From Nitrospirota bacterium (GTDB lineage: Bacteria; Nitrospirota; UBA9217), in assembly GCA_963790205.1 (NCBI GenBank), contig CAWBNQ010000005.1, positions 256,001 through 320,000 of the forward strand: a DNA stretch of 64,000 nt, written 5' to 3'. A program made the position numbers and the translations under genes. Positions 28,009-38,687 of the stretch are shown here, one piece after another (position 1 is the first letter of the stretch; each line of letters opens with the position of its first letter). Below the pieces are notes generated by a model. The model ran no database searches and was not told the DNA's origin. It worked only from the letters and a program-made list of their open reading frames with translations.

Positions 28009-30381
28009 TTATTCGGGGAGGGAGATGGGAAGAGCAAGTGTAAAGGTAGTGCCTTTTCCTTCTTCCGAACGCGCATCGATCGTGCCGTTGTGGTTCGTCA
28101 TGATTTTGAAGGCGATGGAAAGACCGAGGCCGGTGCCGCCCTTGTCCGATTTTGTCGTGAAGAACGGGTCGAAGATCCTGTTGAGATGCTCCGGGGCTAT
28201 GCCCGGACCCGAATCGACGATCTTGATCATAACGGAGCCTCCCTCCGCCTTCGTTTCGAGGGTAAGCGTGCCGCTGTTTTCCATAGCATCGAGGGCATTC
28301 GTCATGATGGCGAGGAAGACTTGCCGCAGTTCCCCCTCGCTCGCGTTAATCACCGGAAGATCAGCCTGATAGTTCCGTACGATCTCAACGTCCCGGAGCC
28401 GTCCCTGAAAGCTTATGATCTCCACAGCTTTGTCCAGCGCCTCGTTGATACGGACGTCCTTTTTTTCATACGTGGAAGTTCTCACAAACGAGAGCATCCC
28501 CGTGGTGATGCTCTTGCACCGAAGAATCTCCTCTTCGACGATTTGCAGGTATTCCTCGAAGAGCTTGGGGTCGTACCGGTTGTTCTTCACCTTCATGAGG
28601 AGCCCCTCGGCGCAGCCGGCAATGGAGGCAAGGGGGGTGTTGATTTCATGGGCCAGCCCGGAGGCCATCTGGCCGAGGGAGGCGAGCCGTTCGCTCATGA
28701 TGAGGCGCATCTCCCCCTCCTTCTCTTCGGTAATGTCCCTGGCGACGTGGATGGAACCTATAAACTCCTCTTCGGGGGAAAAATAGGGGAACGTGGATAC
28801 CCTGAAGAGCCTGCCGGTCTTGGGGTCGCGTACCTCCTCCGTGACGCTTCGCTTCTCTTGCATCGATATCCGATGGGGGCAGTTCACGACCGGCGAGCAG
28901 CTCCCGTGGAAGATGTCATGGCATTTTTTGTTTATAATTTCGTGGATCGGAAAACCGAAATACTCGGCCACGGCTTTGTTCGCCTTGCGAATGTTATAGT
29001 CCTTGTCGTGGATGGTAATAAGGTCCGTTATGCCGTCAAAGGTCATCTGCCACTCTTTTTGAGACCGTGAAATCACTTTGAACTGCTCGACGATTTGCCT
29101 GCTCGTTTTTTCCACATTCTCGATCAAGGTCCTGTTCTCGATCGCGGAGGCCACCTGGTTGGCGAAGACCGCGAATATCCTGATCCGTTTGCGGGTAAAA
29201 TGCCCAGGCGCTTCGCTGTACAAGTTCAGGACCCCGAGCACGTCCCCGTCGGAGGTAAGGAACGGAAGCGCCATGGACGATCGATAGCCCCTCTTCAGTG
29301 CCTCGTCTCTCCAGAGGATGTATGCGGGGTCGCTATCTGTCTCATTCACCACTTGCGGAGTTTTTGTTTTGACCGCCCTACCGGTAGGTCCCCTACTTGA
29401 AGGAGCGTCGTCCCATGTTATTTTGACACCGGAAAGATACCCCTCATCGAAGCCGCACTGGGCGACAGGATCTATATCGTGGCAGCCCTGCTTGAGGATC
29501 CCGCACCACGCCATCTTCAGACCTAATTCCTTCACCGCGAGAGAGCAGACCGCCTCGTAAATGTTCTCGGCCCGGGGTACGGCCGTCACGACATTGGAAG
29601 AAACCGCGAGAGAGAGCAGCTCCGCCGCATACTTCTCTTGTTCGCTTCTAGTAGCGATGATGGCCGTCGTCATATCGTTGAAGCTGGCGCTGAGGTCGGT
29701 GATCTCGTCGTGTCTTCGGACCGGGATGAGGACATCGACAGCTCCTTCCTCGAACCGGCGGATGCTCTCGCGCAGTGCGCCCAGTCTCATTATGACCATA
29801 TCGTCAAACAGAAAAAACATGAACGCGCCGATGAACACGATCGATCCTATGATGATCGTCGATTCCCTCGTCATGTGATGGAACGCCTGCTTTTTCAGAG
29901 CCCCGGGCGAAAAATCGATGATGATGAGCCCGTTCTGCGCGGATTTCGGATTGTGGCAGCGGTGGCACCCGGGCTGGTTTCTGACCGCCTGGATCCAGCG
30001 GAACGGATCGTCGCCTTCCGACAGGCCGGCTCTTTTAGCATCCGGAGGCTCCCGGTGCCGGAGCGGCAGCTTCATGCCTATTTCTCCGGCCTTGCTCCCG
30101 GCCTTGACGACGCCTTCGTTGTTCACCAGCATGATCCGCTCGATGGATTCGAGACCGCCGAGATTGCTCAGGGTATTGCTGAGGACCAGGGAATCGCGAG
30201 TGAGCATGGAGTTGGTGAGGCTTGCCTCGATAACGGACCCGACCGTGCTGGCGAACATTGTAAGGTTCTCTTCATTCCCGGCGACCATCTCTCGGAAGTG
30301 GACATACCCACCTATCACTGACGCAGCGAGCATCGCGCCCAGTAGGCTGATGCCTAGTTTCCGCCTGATCGTCATTTTCAT
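28009..30381 (-). CDS. sensor histidine kinase with periplasmic heme c, HAMP, GAF and PAS domains
   Basis: CHRCH; two TM helices; AHEINTPL; NALDA, DSGPG, GTGLGL. Confidence 0.93.
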   Translation of the reverse strand: MKMTIRRKLGISLLGAMLAASVIGGYVHFREMVAGNEENLTMFASTVGSVIEASLTNSMLTRDSLVLSNTLSNLGGLESIERIMLVNNEGVVKAGSKAGEIGMKLPLRHREPPDAKRAGLSEGDDPFRWIQAVRNQPGCHRCHNPKSAQNGLIIIDFSPGALKKQAFHHMTRESTIIIGSIVFIGAFMFFLFDDMVIMRLGALRESIRRFEEGAVDVLIPVRRHDEITDLSASFNDMTTAIIATRSEQEKYAAELLSLAVSSNVVTAVPRAENIYEAVCSLAVKELGLKMAWCGILKQGCHDIDPVAQCGFDEGYLSGVKITWDDAPSSRGPTGRAVKTKTPQVVNETDSDPAYILWRDEALKRGYRSSMALPFLTSDGDVLGVLNLYSEAPGHFTRKRIRIFAVFANQVASAIENRTLIENVEKTSRQIVEQFKVISRSQKEWQMTFDGITDLITIHDKDYNIRKANKAVAEYFGFPIHEIINKKCHDIFHGSCSPVVNCPHRISMQEKRSVTEEVRDPKTGRLFRVSTFPYFSPEEEFIGSIHVARDITEEKEGEMRLIMSERLASLGQMASGLAHEINTPLASIAGCAEGLLMKVKNNRYDPKLFEEYLQIVEEEILRCKSITTGMLSFVRTSTYEKKDVRINEALDKAVEIISFQGRLRDVEIVRNYQADLPVINASEGELRQVFLAIMTNALDAMENSGTLTLETKAEGGSVMIKIVDSGPGIAPEHLNRIFDPFFTTKSDKGGTGLGLSIAFKIMTNHNGTIDARSEEGKGTTFTLALPISLPE

Positions 30382-31697
30382 TCCGCCACCCCATAACTCA
30401 GGAGTTTGTTATAAAGGGTCTTCGGGGCGATGCCTAAGAGTTCAGCTGCTTTTCCCCGCTGCCCATCCGCTTCGCGGAGGACCTTGAGTATGTGCTCGCG
30501 CTCTACGTCTTCGAGCCTGATACATGAGCCCTTGCGGCCCTCATCCATGTCGGAAGGCAGGTCAGCCGGAACGATGAGGTCGTGCTGAGACAGGAGGAGG
30601 GCGCGATGCACGACATTCTGAAGCTCCCGCACGTTTCCCGGCCAGTCGTATACGGAGAGAACGCGCAGGGCCTCTGTGGAGAATTTTTTGAACTTAAACA
30701 ACGAATTTGTCTTGACACAATGTTCAACGAGGAGCGGGATGTCCTCTTTTCGCTCCCGAAGCGGTGGGACGTGGATGGTCAGCGCGCTGATCCGGTAATA
30801 GAGGTCTTCCCGGAAGCCGCCGTTTTCCACTTCCCGCTTCAGGTCCTTGTTCGTAGCGGCGACGAACTTCACGTCGACGGCCACCTCTCTCGCGCCCCCG
30901 ACCCTGAAAAATCTTCCCGTTTCGATCACTCGAAGAAACTTCACCTGAAGTTGTTGAGGCATTTCTCCGATTTCATCGAGGAACAGGGTGCCGTTGTCGG
31001 CGATCTCCAGCAGACCCGGCTTCCTCGCGTGCGCGCCGGTGAAAGCCCCCATCTCGTGGCCGAACAGTTCGCTTTCCATCATTGTTTCCGGAATGGCGCC
31101 GCAGTTGAGGGGGATGAAGGGCCCCTCTGCATGGAGTGACGCTTCATGGACCGCCTTCGCCAGGAGTTCTTTGCCCGTGCCGCTCTCGCCGATAAGCAGC
31201 ACGGGGTAGCCCGACGCGGCAAGCCTCGTTACGGTCTTCAGGATATCATGCATGAGCGGGGAGTTCGTGATGATGGTCCCGGCCGCGGATTGGCGCTGAA
31301 GCTGCGTCTTGAGGAGGATGTTTTCGTGTATGAGTTTTTTCTTTTCGTATGCCTTCTCGATGATTACTTTCAATTCCCCGATTTTGCACGGCTTGGTGAG
31401 GTAATCGTACGCGCCGAGTTTCATGGCCTCGACCGCCGTGGAGACCGTCGCGTTGCCGGTAAGGATGATTATTTCCGTCTGTATTTGCGCTGATTTGATT
31501 TTTTTGAGCGTCTCGATGCCGGATATCTTCGGCATGTGCAGGTCCAGCAGGAGAATGTCGTATTCGTCCTGTTCGAGCAGCGCCGCTGCTTTCAGGCCGT
31601 TGTCCGTCTCGGTCACGTCAAAGCCGGAGTCGGTAAGCGCATTCGCGAGTATCTTCTTCAGATTTTTATCATCGTCGGCTATTAAAACTCTTATCAT
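30378..31697 (-). CDS. sigma54-dependent response regulator (NtrC/ZraR family)
   Basis: REC, GESGTGKE, GAFTGA, WPGNVREL, Fis-type HTH. Confidence 0.96.
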   Translation of the reverse strand: MIRVLIADDDKNLKKILANALTDSGFDVTETDNGLKAAALLEQDEYDILLLDLHMPKISGIETLKKIKSAQIQTEIIILTGNATVSTAVEAMKLGAYDYLTKPCKIGELKVIIEKAYEKKKLIHENILLKTQLQRQSAAGTIITNSPLMHDILKTVTRLAASGYPVLLIGESGTGKELLAKAVHEASLHAEGPFIPLNCGAIPETMMESELFGHEMGAFTGAHARKPGLLEIADNGTLFLDEIGEMPQQLQVKFLRVIETGRFFRVGGAREVAVDVKFVAATNKDLKREVENGGFREDLYYRISALTIHVPPLRERKEDIPLLVEHCVKTNSLFKFKKFSTEALRVLSVYDWPGNVRELQNVVHRALLLSQHDLIVPADLPSDMDEGRKGSCIRLEDVEREHILKVLREADGQRGKAAELLGIAPKTLYNKLLSYGVAE

Positions 31698-31712
31698 CGA
31701 TCTCTGTTCGTT

Positions 31713-32117
31713 TCACCTTTTTAACTTCAGGAACATGCCCAGAGCCCGGTCCGAGTACTTGATGTGGTTGATCAGCCAAGCGACGCACAGCTCCTTCGTC
31801 TCTTCAGCCAGTTGGGCGTTAATTCCTTCCATCAAAAGCCGATCTTTCAATTTCAGAAAGTTTTTCACAAACTGCTCGTGCTGGGCCTTGTGGGCCGAAG
31901 CGCTCGAATAGGCGTATTTCGCCATGTAGCTTTCTTCATTTCCGAAGTGTAACACTACGTAGTCGGTCAAATACTGGACGATTTTAGCGACCTCCTCCCT
32001 CCCCGTGCCCTTTTCAAATGCGGCGAGCAAGCTTTCGATCCGTTTGAACAACTCCTTGTGCTGAGTATCGATTTCCGTTGAGCCGGATGCAAGGTTATCG
32101 TTCCACAATACGGTCAT
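31713..32117 (-). CDS. bacteriohemerythrin
   Basis: IDTQH, HF..EE, HKAQH, HI...D. Confidence 0.92.
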   Translation of the reverse strand: MTVLWNDNLASGSTEIDTQHKELFKRIESLLAAFEKGTGREEVAKIVQYLTDYVVLHFGNEESYMAKYAYSSASAHKAQHEQFVKNFLKLKDRLLMEGINAQLAEETKELCVAWLINHIKYSDRALGMFLKLKR

Positions 32118-32350
32118 ACGTTCCGTTCTCCTTTCCTTTTCCCCGGGATCATGACTGTCCGATACTATCACCGCGTATCCGCAGCATCAATTGTTTTTAT
32201 TCCACAACGCAAAACGCCCGGCTCTGAGCCTCGCGGATGAGCGTCCTCGACATACTGCCTCAATTATCGGTTTGATCGGCTGCAACCGGGAAGTATTTGC
32301 CTTCTTCGGGGCGTCTGTTCGGTCTTCAAGACATTGCTCCGGGACGCATA

Positions 32351-32620
32351 TTACGCATTGAGCAATCCCTTCTCAAGAGCGATTGCGACCGCATGCGCTC
32401 GGTTTGTCGCATCGAGCTTATCCATGATATTGCGAACGTGGAATTTCACCGTGCTTTGCCGAATGGAAAGCAGGGACGCAATCTCCGACGTACATTTCCC
32501 CTGCTTGATGCATTCGAGGACTTCTTTTTCTTTCGGAGTGAGCGAGGTGCTTTTTTTAATGCGGCGATAGTGCATTTGATATTTGTTCCGTATAGGGCTC
32601 TCGGTGCTTGGATTTCATTC
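32351..32620 (-). pseudogene. LuxR-type HTH fragment
   Basis: LTPKEKEVL...GK...EIA..L.I...TVKFHV.NIM.KL.A.NR; no sensing domain upstream. Confidence 0.75.
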
Positions 32621-32917
32621 CAAATTACTTTAAGAATACTACAAACTGCTCTATTTTGCACCTATCCTTAAGGGGGGGCTCGACTCATGCAAGTGCCGAA
32701 TCTGACAACACTGAAAACCGCTGTTCAAGAAGTTTTTCTCGCTATGAAGTGGACTGTATTGATATAGAAGAGTTCGAAGCGCCGTTTTACTCTTCACGAA
32801 ATGTGGCGAAAAGGCGTTATAATTGTTTGCTCAATGATGTCGGAAAGTACCGACAAAGCGTCACAAAAGCAGAGCAAAATATTTTAAAAGATGTCAGGCA
32901 CGTAATAACGCCGGGAC

Positions 32918-32948
32918 CGGTAAGGGCGAAACCCGCCCTTACCGTCGG
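32918..32948. terminator. hairpin downstream of cydB
   Basis: cggtaagggcg-aaacc-cgcccttaccg stem. Confidence 0.5.
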
Positions 32949-32977
32949 GAGAATTATATAGCTGTTTGCTTGAAGGA

Positions 32978-34006
32978 TCAATATGTCTGCTCGTTTTTCA
33001 TGACCGTATCTGCCGTTACCCGTGAACGGAACACGCGGTAGACCCAAATCTTGTATGCGATCACGATCGGAACAAACACAAAGGCCACCACGGTCATGAT
33101 CTTCAGCGTGTAGATGCTTGAAGACGAGTTGAAGATTGTCAGACTGTAAGCCGTATCCGTGCTGGAGGGGATCAGGTTCGGGAAGAGCCCGATCATACCG
33201 GTGAATACTATCATGACGATTGTTATGCACGATGAAGCAAAGGCCATGAGCATCCTGCCCTTCACGAGGAAGACCTTGATGCCGATCAGCGCGGCCACAG
33301 CCAGGAGCGGAACGACGAGAAGCGGCATCGTCGTCATATAATTGTTATAAAGCCTGGTCGCGAACGCGGTTGCAATAAGAAAAACCACGGCAACGAGCAG
33401 CAGGGCGGGCCAGAGCTTGTTCGCCGTTGCAGATGATTTGTCGCACAGATCACCTTCGGTCTTGACGCATGCATAGAGGCTGCCGTGAGTCAGGAACAGA
33501 AGGACGAACAGCGCGCCGGTCAGCAGCCCGTAAGGATTCAAGAGCGAAAGGAATGAGCCGTGATAACCCGCGGCGTCCATGGGGAGGCCGCTGAAGATGT
33601 TCCCGAAGGCCACTCCGAGCAGGAGCGCGGGAAGCGCGCTGCCGATGAAGATACCCAGGTCCCATGTTTTTTTCCACCCATCGTTGTTGATTTTTCCTCG
33701 AAATTCTATGGACACTCCGCGAATGATCAGCGAAAAAAGAAGGAGCAGCAGGGCCGAGTAAAGATAGCTGAACATCAGCGCATACGTCTTGGGGAATGCA
33801 GCAAAGGTTGCGCCGCCCGCGGTCACGAGCCATACCTCATTGCCGTCCCAGACCGGTCCGACCGTGTTGATCATGATTTTTTTATCCTGATCATTCCGTG
33901 CCAGATAATGGTGCAGCATGCCGGTGCCGAGCACGAATCCGTCCAGCATGAAATAGACCGCCCATAAAACGCCCCAGAGAATGAACCATATGATCTGAAA
34001 TTCCAT
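32978..34006 (-). CDS. cydB: cytochrome bd oxidase subunit II
   Basis: LDGF.LG.G, GPVWDGNEVWL, FAAFP. Confidence 0.96.
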   Translation of the reverse strand: MEFQIIWFILWGVLWAVYFMLDGFVLGTGMLHHYLARNDQDKKIMINTVGPVWDGNEVWLVTAGGATFAAFPKTYALMFSYLYSALLLLLFSLIIRGVSIEFRGKINNDGWKKTWDLGIFIGSALPALLLGVAFGNIFSGLPMDAAGYHGSFLSLLNPYGLLTGALFVLLFLTHGSLYACVKTEGDLCDKSSATANKLWPALLLVAVVFLIATAFATRLYNNYMTTMPLLVVPLLAVAALIGIKVFLVKGRMLMAFASSCITIVMIVFTGMIGLFPNLIPSSTDTAYSLTIFNSSSSIYTLKIMTVVAFVFVPIVIAYKIWVYRVFRSRVTADTVMKNEQTY

Positions 34007-34016
34007 GATATGCCTC

Positions 34017-35357
34017 CTATTTCGTCGGTTTTAAGAGAGCCGAAAGGTCGTCATCGGGACCTTTTTTGGCGAACTTAGACAGCAGGTAAATATCGATCAC
34101 GCCGAGCGCTCCGTAGAGGACGGTAAAGCCCAGAAGCGAAGCGTATACCTGAATAGTGCTGATGGACAGAGATACGGCGGCAGACGTTTTGAGCACGCCG
34201 TAGACGATCCATGGCTGTCTCCCCACCTCGGCCACTACCCATCCGAGCTGACCGGCAAGATAGGGCAGGGGAATGGAAAAAAGCATGAGCGTGAGGAAAA
34301 GACGATGCGCTTCCAGCGTGCGACGTTTTGAATAGATGACCGCCAGGAACGAGAGGAGCATCATTGCAAAACCGAGAAGGACCATCAGGCGAAAGCTCCA
34401 GAACGTCGGGAGTACCGGCGGACGCTCTTCTTTAGGAAAGGCCTTCAAGCCTTTTATTTCCGCCTCGGGAGTATGGAAGGCCAGGTAGCTCAGTAAACCC
34501 GGTACGCAGGGCCCTTCCAGCGTGTTGCATTCCTTTTTTGTATCGGGAATAATAAAAAGATTATACCCGACATTTTTTTGCGTTTCCCAGAGCGATTCCA
34601 TGGCTGCAAACTTGGTGGGTTGCGTCCTGGCCACTTCCGCTGCGTGGAAATCTCCGATCGCCGCTACGAGGATCGTAGATGTTAGCCCGAAGACCGCGGC
34701 GATTTTAAATGAGCGGTTGAAAAATTCGAGCTGGTTCTTCTTCAACAAGTGGTAGGCCGACACGCCCATGACAAAGAAGGCCGCGACCACATATCCTGAT
34801 GAGAGGGTATGGCCGAACTTGAGCCAGCCGTAGGGGTTCGTTAGGAGCGCCCCGAAATCCGTCATCTCCGCGCGTCCGTTGCGGAGCACGTACCCCACCG
34901 GCTTCTGCATCCAGCCGTTCGCCAGGAGGATCCAGAGGGCGGACAGGTTGGTCGCCAGAGCAACGAGCCAGATAGACAGGGCGTGCGTCTTTTTCGATAT
35001 CTTGTTCCAGCCGAAGATCCAGACACCGATAAAGACGGACTCGAGAAAGAACGCCATGGTTGCTTCAATCGCAAGGGGCGCGCCGAAAATATCCCCCACA
35101 TATTTTGAATACTCGGCCCAGTTCATGCCGAACTGGAACTCCATGGTGATGCCGGTCACGACACCGAGAGCGAAATTGACGAGGAAGAGTTTGCCCCAGA
35201 ATTTCGTCATTCTGAGGTACAGCTCGTCTCCGCTTCTCACATACCGTGTCTCCATATATGCCGTCAAAATGGAGAGCCCCAGGGTGAGCGGCACAAAGAT
35301 CCAGTGAAACATGCTCGTGAGGGCAAATTGCAACCTGCTCAATGCGACAGTGTCCAT
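34017..35357 (-). CDS. cydA: cytochrome bd oxidase subunit I (short Q-loop)
   Basis: RLQFA..MFH, EFQFGMNW, QPTKFAAME, EVGRQPW. Confidence 0.97.
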   Translation of the reverse strand: MDTVALSRLQFALTSMFHWIFVPLTLGLSILTAYMETRYVRSGDELYLRMTKFWGKLFLVNFALGVVTGITMEFQFGMNWAEYSKYVGDIFGAPLAIEATMAFFLESVFIGVWIFGWNKISKKTHALSIWLVALATNLSALWILLANGWMQKPVGYVLRNGRAEMTDFGALLTNPYGWLKFGHTLSSGYVVAAFFVMGVSAYHLLKKNQLEFFNRSFKIAAVFGLTSTILVAAIGDFHAAEVARTQPTKFAAMESLWETQKNVGYNLFIIPDTKKECNTLEGPCVPGLLSYLAFHTPEAEIKGLKAFPKEERPPVLPTFWSFRLMVLLGFAMMLLSFLAVIYSKRRTLEAHRLFLTLMLFSIPLPYLAGQLGWVVAEVGRQPWIVYGVLKTSAAVSLSISTIQVYASLLGFTVLYGALGVIDIYLLSKFAKKGPDDDLSALLKPTK

Positions 35358-35404
35358 AATTCATCTCCTTTCATGGTGGTGCATTTTAGAACACCAAATT
35401 ATAT

Positions 35405-35425
35405 TTAGGATGAAAAACATCCTAA
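35405..35425. promoter_or_regulatory. palindromic operator upstream of cydA (likely Rrf2 site)
   Basis: Perfect TTAGGATG-N5-CATCCTAA. Confidence 0.7.
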
Positions 35426-35441
35426 TTAACGTCAAAAAAAA

Positions 35442-35834
35442 TCAAACGAGTTTCGCAATGGTCTGCTTTTTTAGACGCCGTTCAACCTCTTTTCGAATTT
35501 CCACCCAGACCGGATGGACAGCGCAGGTGGAGCTCATCCGGCACCGCCTGCTGTCAATGGCGCAGACGTTGATCCCGGCGGGCCCCTGGATCGCCTCCAT
35601 GACCGCGAGGAGGGTGATCTCCGAGGGCTCTTTTGCGAGCATGAAGCCTCCTTTTACTCCCCGCATCGATTGGAGAATATGATGCCGTACCAGCCGCTGA
35701 AGGATCTTAGCAAGAAAGCTTTTCGGGATATGCATGGTCTGCGCTATTTCCGTAACGCTCACGTTGCGATCACGTTCACGCGCAAGGTACAGTACGGTGC
35801 GCACGGCATAGTCTGTTTCTCTGGTCACCAGCAT
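35442..35834 (-). CDS. Rrf2-family transcriptional regulator with three Cys (probable Fe-S)
   Basis: TDYAVR, FLAKILQ.L, S.RG..GGF.L, C-x6-C-x5-C. Confidence 0.93.
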   Translation of the reverse strand: MLVTRETDYAVRTVLYLARERDRNVSVTEIAQTMHIPKSFLAKILQRLVRHHILQSMRGVKGGFMLAKEPSEITLLAVMEAIQGPAGINVCAIDSRRCRMSSTCAVHPVWVEIRKEVERRLKKQTIAKLV

Positions 35835-36017
35835 ACGTTATTTTAGGGCCTCGAACACTTTACCGACCAAGTCGCGGCGGACGACTCTCCTTCCTGTTTC
35901 CACTGGCCAGGTATGTTGCGAAGATTTCGAGTTTGGAATCGGGCACTGTTTGCCCTATTTGGATTCCGAAATAATCGCCTGACATTTAAGCCTCCCTCCG
36001 CATCGGATTATCGTTAA

Positions 36018-36065
36018 TTAGGATTTTTAAGACCTTATTTAACCATATTCAATAGTATTTGTCAA
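36018..36065 (-). promoter_or_regulatory. sigma70 promoter of rrf2 overlapping a degenerate copy of the cydA operator
   Basis: Minus strand TTGACA-17-TTAAAT; TTAGGATTTTTAAGACCTTAT at 36018-36038. Confidence 0.55.
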
Positions 36066-36680
36066 CTATATTTTATTGGCAATCGGCATTGTGAATAACT
36101 GAAGTAGAAAAAAACGCCCGTACCGTATACATACCATGGAAAGACTGCAAAAAATCCAGCTTAACAAAATTGTCATGGAAATCAGCATGGCACATCTTTA
36201 TGAATAGCCAGAAAAGAGCGCCCGACGCAGTGCTTCATAATCGAGACGAATTGTCGTGCATCGTCGCGGAGTTCCTTTACTGAAGGCGACAGGTCAGGAG
36301 AATGCGTCATGTTTTTCATATTGTAGCCTCCTGAAAAATTATCGAAGAGACGCTTTTTGGCCCTTCATGAAAGTCCATTTTCGACAGAGGCAATACAGTT
36401 CCTTTGCTTGCGTGCGCGGGTTGCGGATAGTAAAATCATGCAAATGACTATCCTGCCAGCCTATGGCATCTTGCACGGCAGCATGCAAATCCCAAAATGT
36501 TTACGTTTCCGGGACTTGAATCCTGCGCCAAAGAGGAGGCTTAATTCCCTTCAGGGTGATTTTAAGTTGATATACTTACAGGGCGGCTTCGGAGGGCCTC
36601 CCTCCATCTCGTGTGCAGCATGGCAAATAAGAAAGTTTACGATAACATGTATGACCTCCTTATTCGCCTTCGTGGCGCAC

Positions 36681-37185
36681 AGTCGTCGGCATATCGAATC
36701 ATTTGAGTGTAGCCTCGCGTCTCTTTCTTTACCTGCTTCTCATACCAGAGGTCGAGAACGTAATGGAGATAGATGTTAGCTAGCACCGGGCTCACAACGC
36801 CGCCCTGTGGCGTGCCCATGTCCGTCTCCATATAATTGCCCTCTTCCATGATACCAGCCTTGAGGAACCGGGCTATGAGGCAAAGAAAGTTAGGGTCGCT
36901 TATCCGCTGCTTCAAGCATTCCATCATCCACCGGTGATCAACCCTGTCGAAGAATTTCTCAACGTCCATATCGACAATGTAATTTATCGGTTCTCTCATG
37001 ATGGCCTTATCCATTATTTCCAGCGCATCATGACAGCTTCGTTTCGGTCGAAAGCCATGGGATATATCTCTGAAGTCTACCTCGTAGATAGATTCGAGGA
37101 TTTTCTTGATGCCCATCTGGACAATTTTGTCTTCAACTACGGGGATACCGAGAGGTCTTTTGCTCTTTTCGTCTTTCGGTATATA
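36681..37185 (-). pseudogene. group II intron reverse transcriptase fragment
   Basis: YIPK..KRPLGIP..EDKIVQ, GFRP.RS.HDA, FFD.VDH, GTPQGGVVSP.LANIYL, RYADD; both ends missing. Confidence 0.9.
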
Positions 37186-37504
37186 TGAAATACCGCCTCC
37201 GAACGCTGGCTGGGAAAAAGCTCTACGCCAAGCGCAAGAATACGGTGGAACCGGTCTTCGGTATCATCAAGGCGGTTATGGGATTCCGCCAGTTCCTCCT
37301 GCGAGGTTTTGAATCGGTACAAGGCGAATGGGACCTGGTTTGCATCGCCTGGAACTTAAAAAGGCTGTATGCCTTGAGTTGATAGTGATAAGAAAGAACA
37401 AATCGTCAGCTTTTGGATCGGCGATAGGCCATCAAAGGCTGTTGATCAATGAAATGTGCATAAACAGTCTTCGGATCAGACCGTTAAGTCCGACAGACTC
37501 CTAG
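37185..37504 (+). mobile_element. 3' remnant of IS1182-family element
   Basis: Y..RK.TVEPVFG.IK...GFRQF.LRG...V..EW.L...A.NL; terminal aagtccgacagactcctag. Confidence 0.8.
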
Positions 37505-37545
37505 GCAGGCACGTATGAAATATTTTATGATATTCCCATATCATA

Positions 37546-37923
37546 TTGACCGTGCAAACCACTGATGATCTCAATCTCATAGAACGCTTCAAGAACGGGG
37601 ATGCATCGGCATTCGAGGAAATCGTCCTCAAATACCAGGATAAGATATACAACCTCTGCAGGCACATGCTCGGGAACGCGCATGATGCGGAGGATGCCGC
37701 ACAGGATGTTTTCCTGAAAGCCTATCAGGCCCTACCGAAAATCCTGCCCGAAGCATCTTTATACACCTGGCTCCATCGCATCGCAACCAACAACCTCATC
37801 CCCTTCCTGAGCGCCCGGCAGAACGTGTTCTTCCCCTTGAGCCAGGTGGACATGAAAAAAGAATGTTTTACCGTCTCTCGCGGCACCATCCATGCTTATT
37901 GCAATCATGGGTTCACGAATTAG
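37546..37923 (+). pseudogene. ECF sigma factor region-2 fragment fused to an ABC ATPase fragment
   Basis: GDASAFEEIV..YQ, DAEDAAQDVF.KAY, TWL.RIA.N, then NLIPFLSARQNV. Confidence 0.75.
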
Positions 37924-38106
37924 GCAAAGGGAACTTGCAAGGGTCTATATCAAGAGTCAAACACGATAAACTCACCATGGCGACGGGGAAAGAGCTTGGA
38001 TGATGAGAATGCAAGAATAGAGCATGAAACGGAAGATGGCTAATGAATCTAAATTTAGAATTATAGCTTGACTTCGCTCTTCGTTTCTATGTATTCTGTT
38101 GCAACC

Positions 38107-38391
38107 ATGAAATGGCAAGCATTAATCGTTCTTACGGCAATCGCCCTCAGTATCGCTGTTCCACCCTCGTTGCCTTTTCTGTCTGATCACGGCGCGATGG
38201 CGGCAATCGGTGCCCTCGACGTTTGCCACTCGACAACGCCGGCCCTTTCCTCGAACGGCGATATGCCCTGTATAAACGAATGTGCATGCCGTCCTCTTCC
38301 GTTAGCATTGAACAAAGTTGCTGAAATCGCGAATCCCCCTTTTAAACCTTCAGTCATCGTTTTTCAAGACGAACGTCCCCCTAAAGCCTGA
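38107..38391 (+). CDS. DUF2946-like Cys-rich leader peptide ending in RPP
   Basis: Signal-like N-terminus, DVCH...PC..ECAC, ends ERPPKA; TTGACT-18-TATTCT promoter 9 nt before the ATG. Confidence 0.7.
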   Translation: MKWQALIVLTAIALSIAVPPSLPFLSDHGAMAAIGALDVCHSTTPALSSNGDMPCINECACRPLPLALNKVAEIANPPFKPSVIVFQDERPPKA

Positions 38392-38687
38392 TCAGCAGCC
38401 CTCTCATCACAAAAACCGAAGTCGAGAGCTTTTAATTTCATAACAGCGCAGGCATACGTGCGTGCGTACGTCTGCGCACGGATTGTCCGTTACGGACATT
38501 CCTCCCCTTTAAGCTCGGCTCCGCTTCGGCATATCCGCGATCTCATGCTCGCACATGATGATGTGATCGAAGCCGAGTCGTTTTTTCGACTCCCGATGGT
38601 GAAATTCGTATTTTTCAATTGTGCACGGCAAATCAATCTTCAATGCTGCAACGCATTGAATAATCTCACGTGGCAGGAGGCTATATC

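Noticed and set aside
36188..36205. TGGCAC as a third sigma54 promoter
   Set aside because: No TTGC at the correct spacing.
36637..37185. RT as a retron, DGR or defence RT
   Set aside because: Motifs are those of group II intron maturases, the gene is truncated, and no msr/msd or TR/VR pair is seen.
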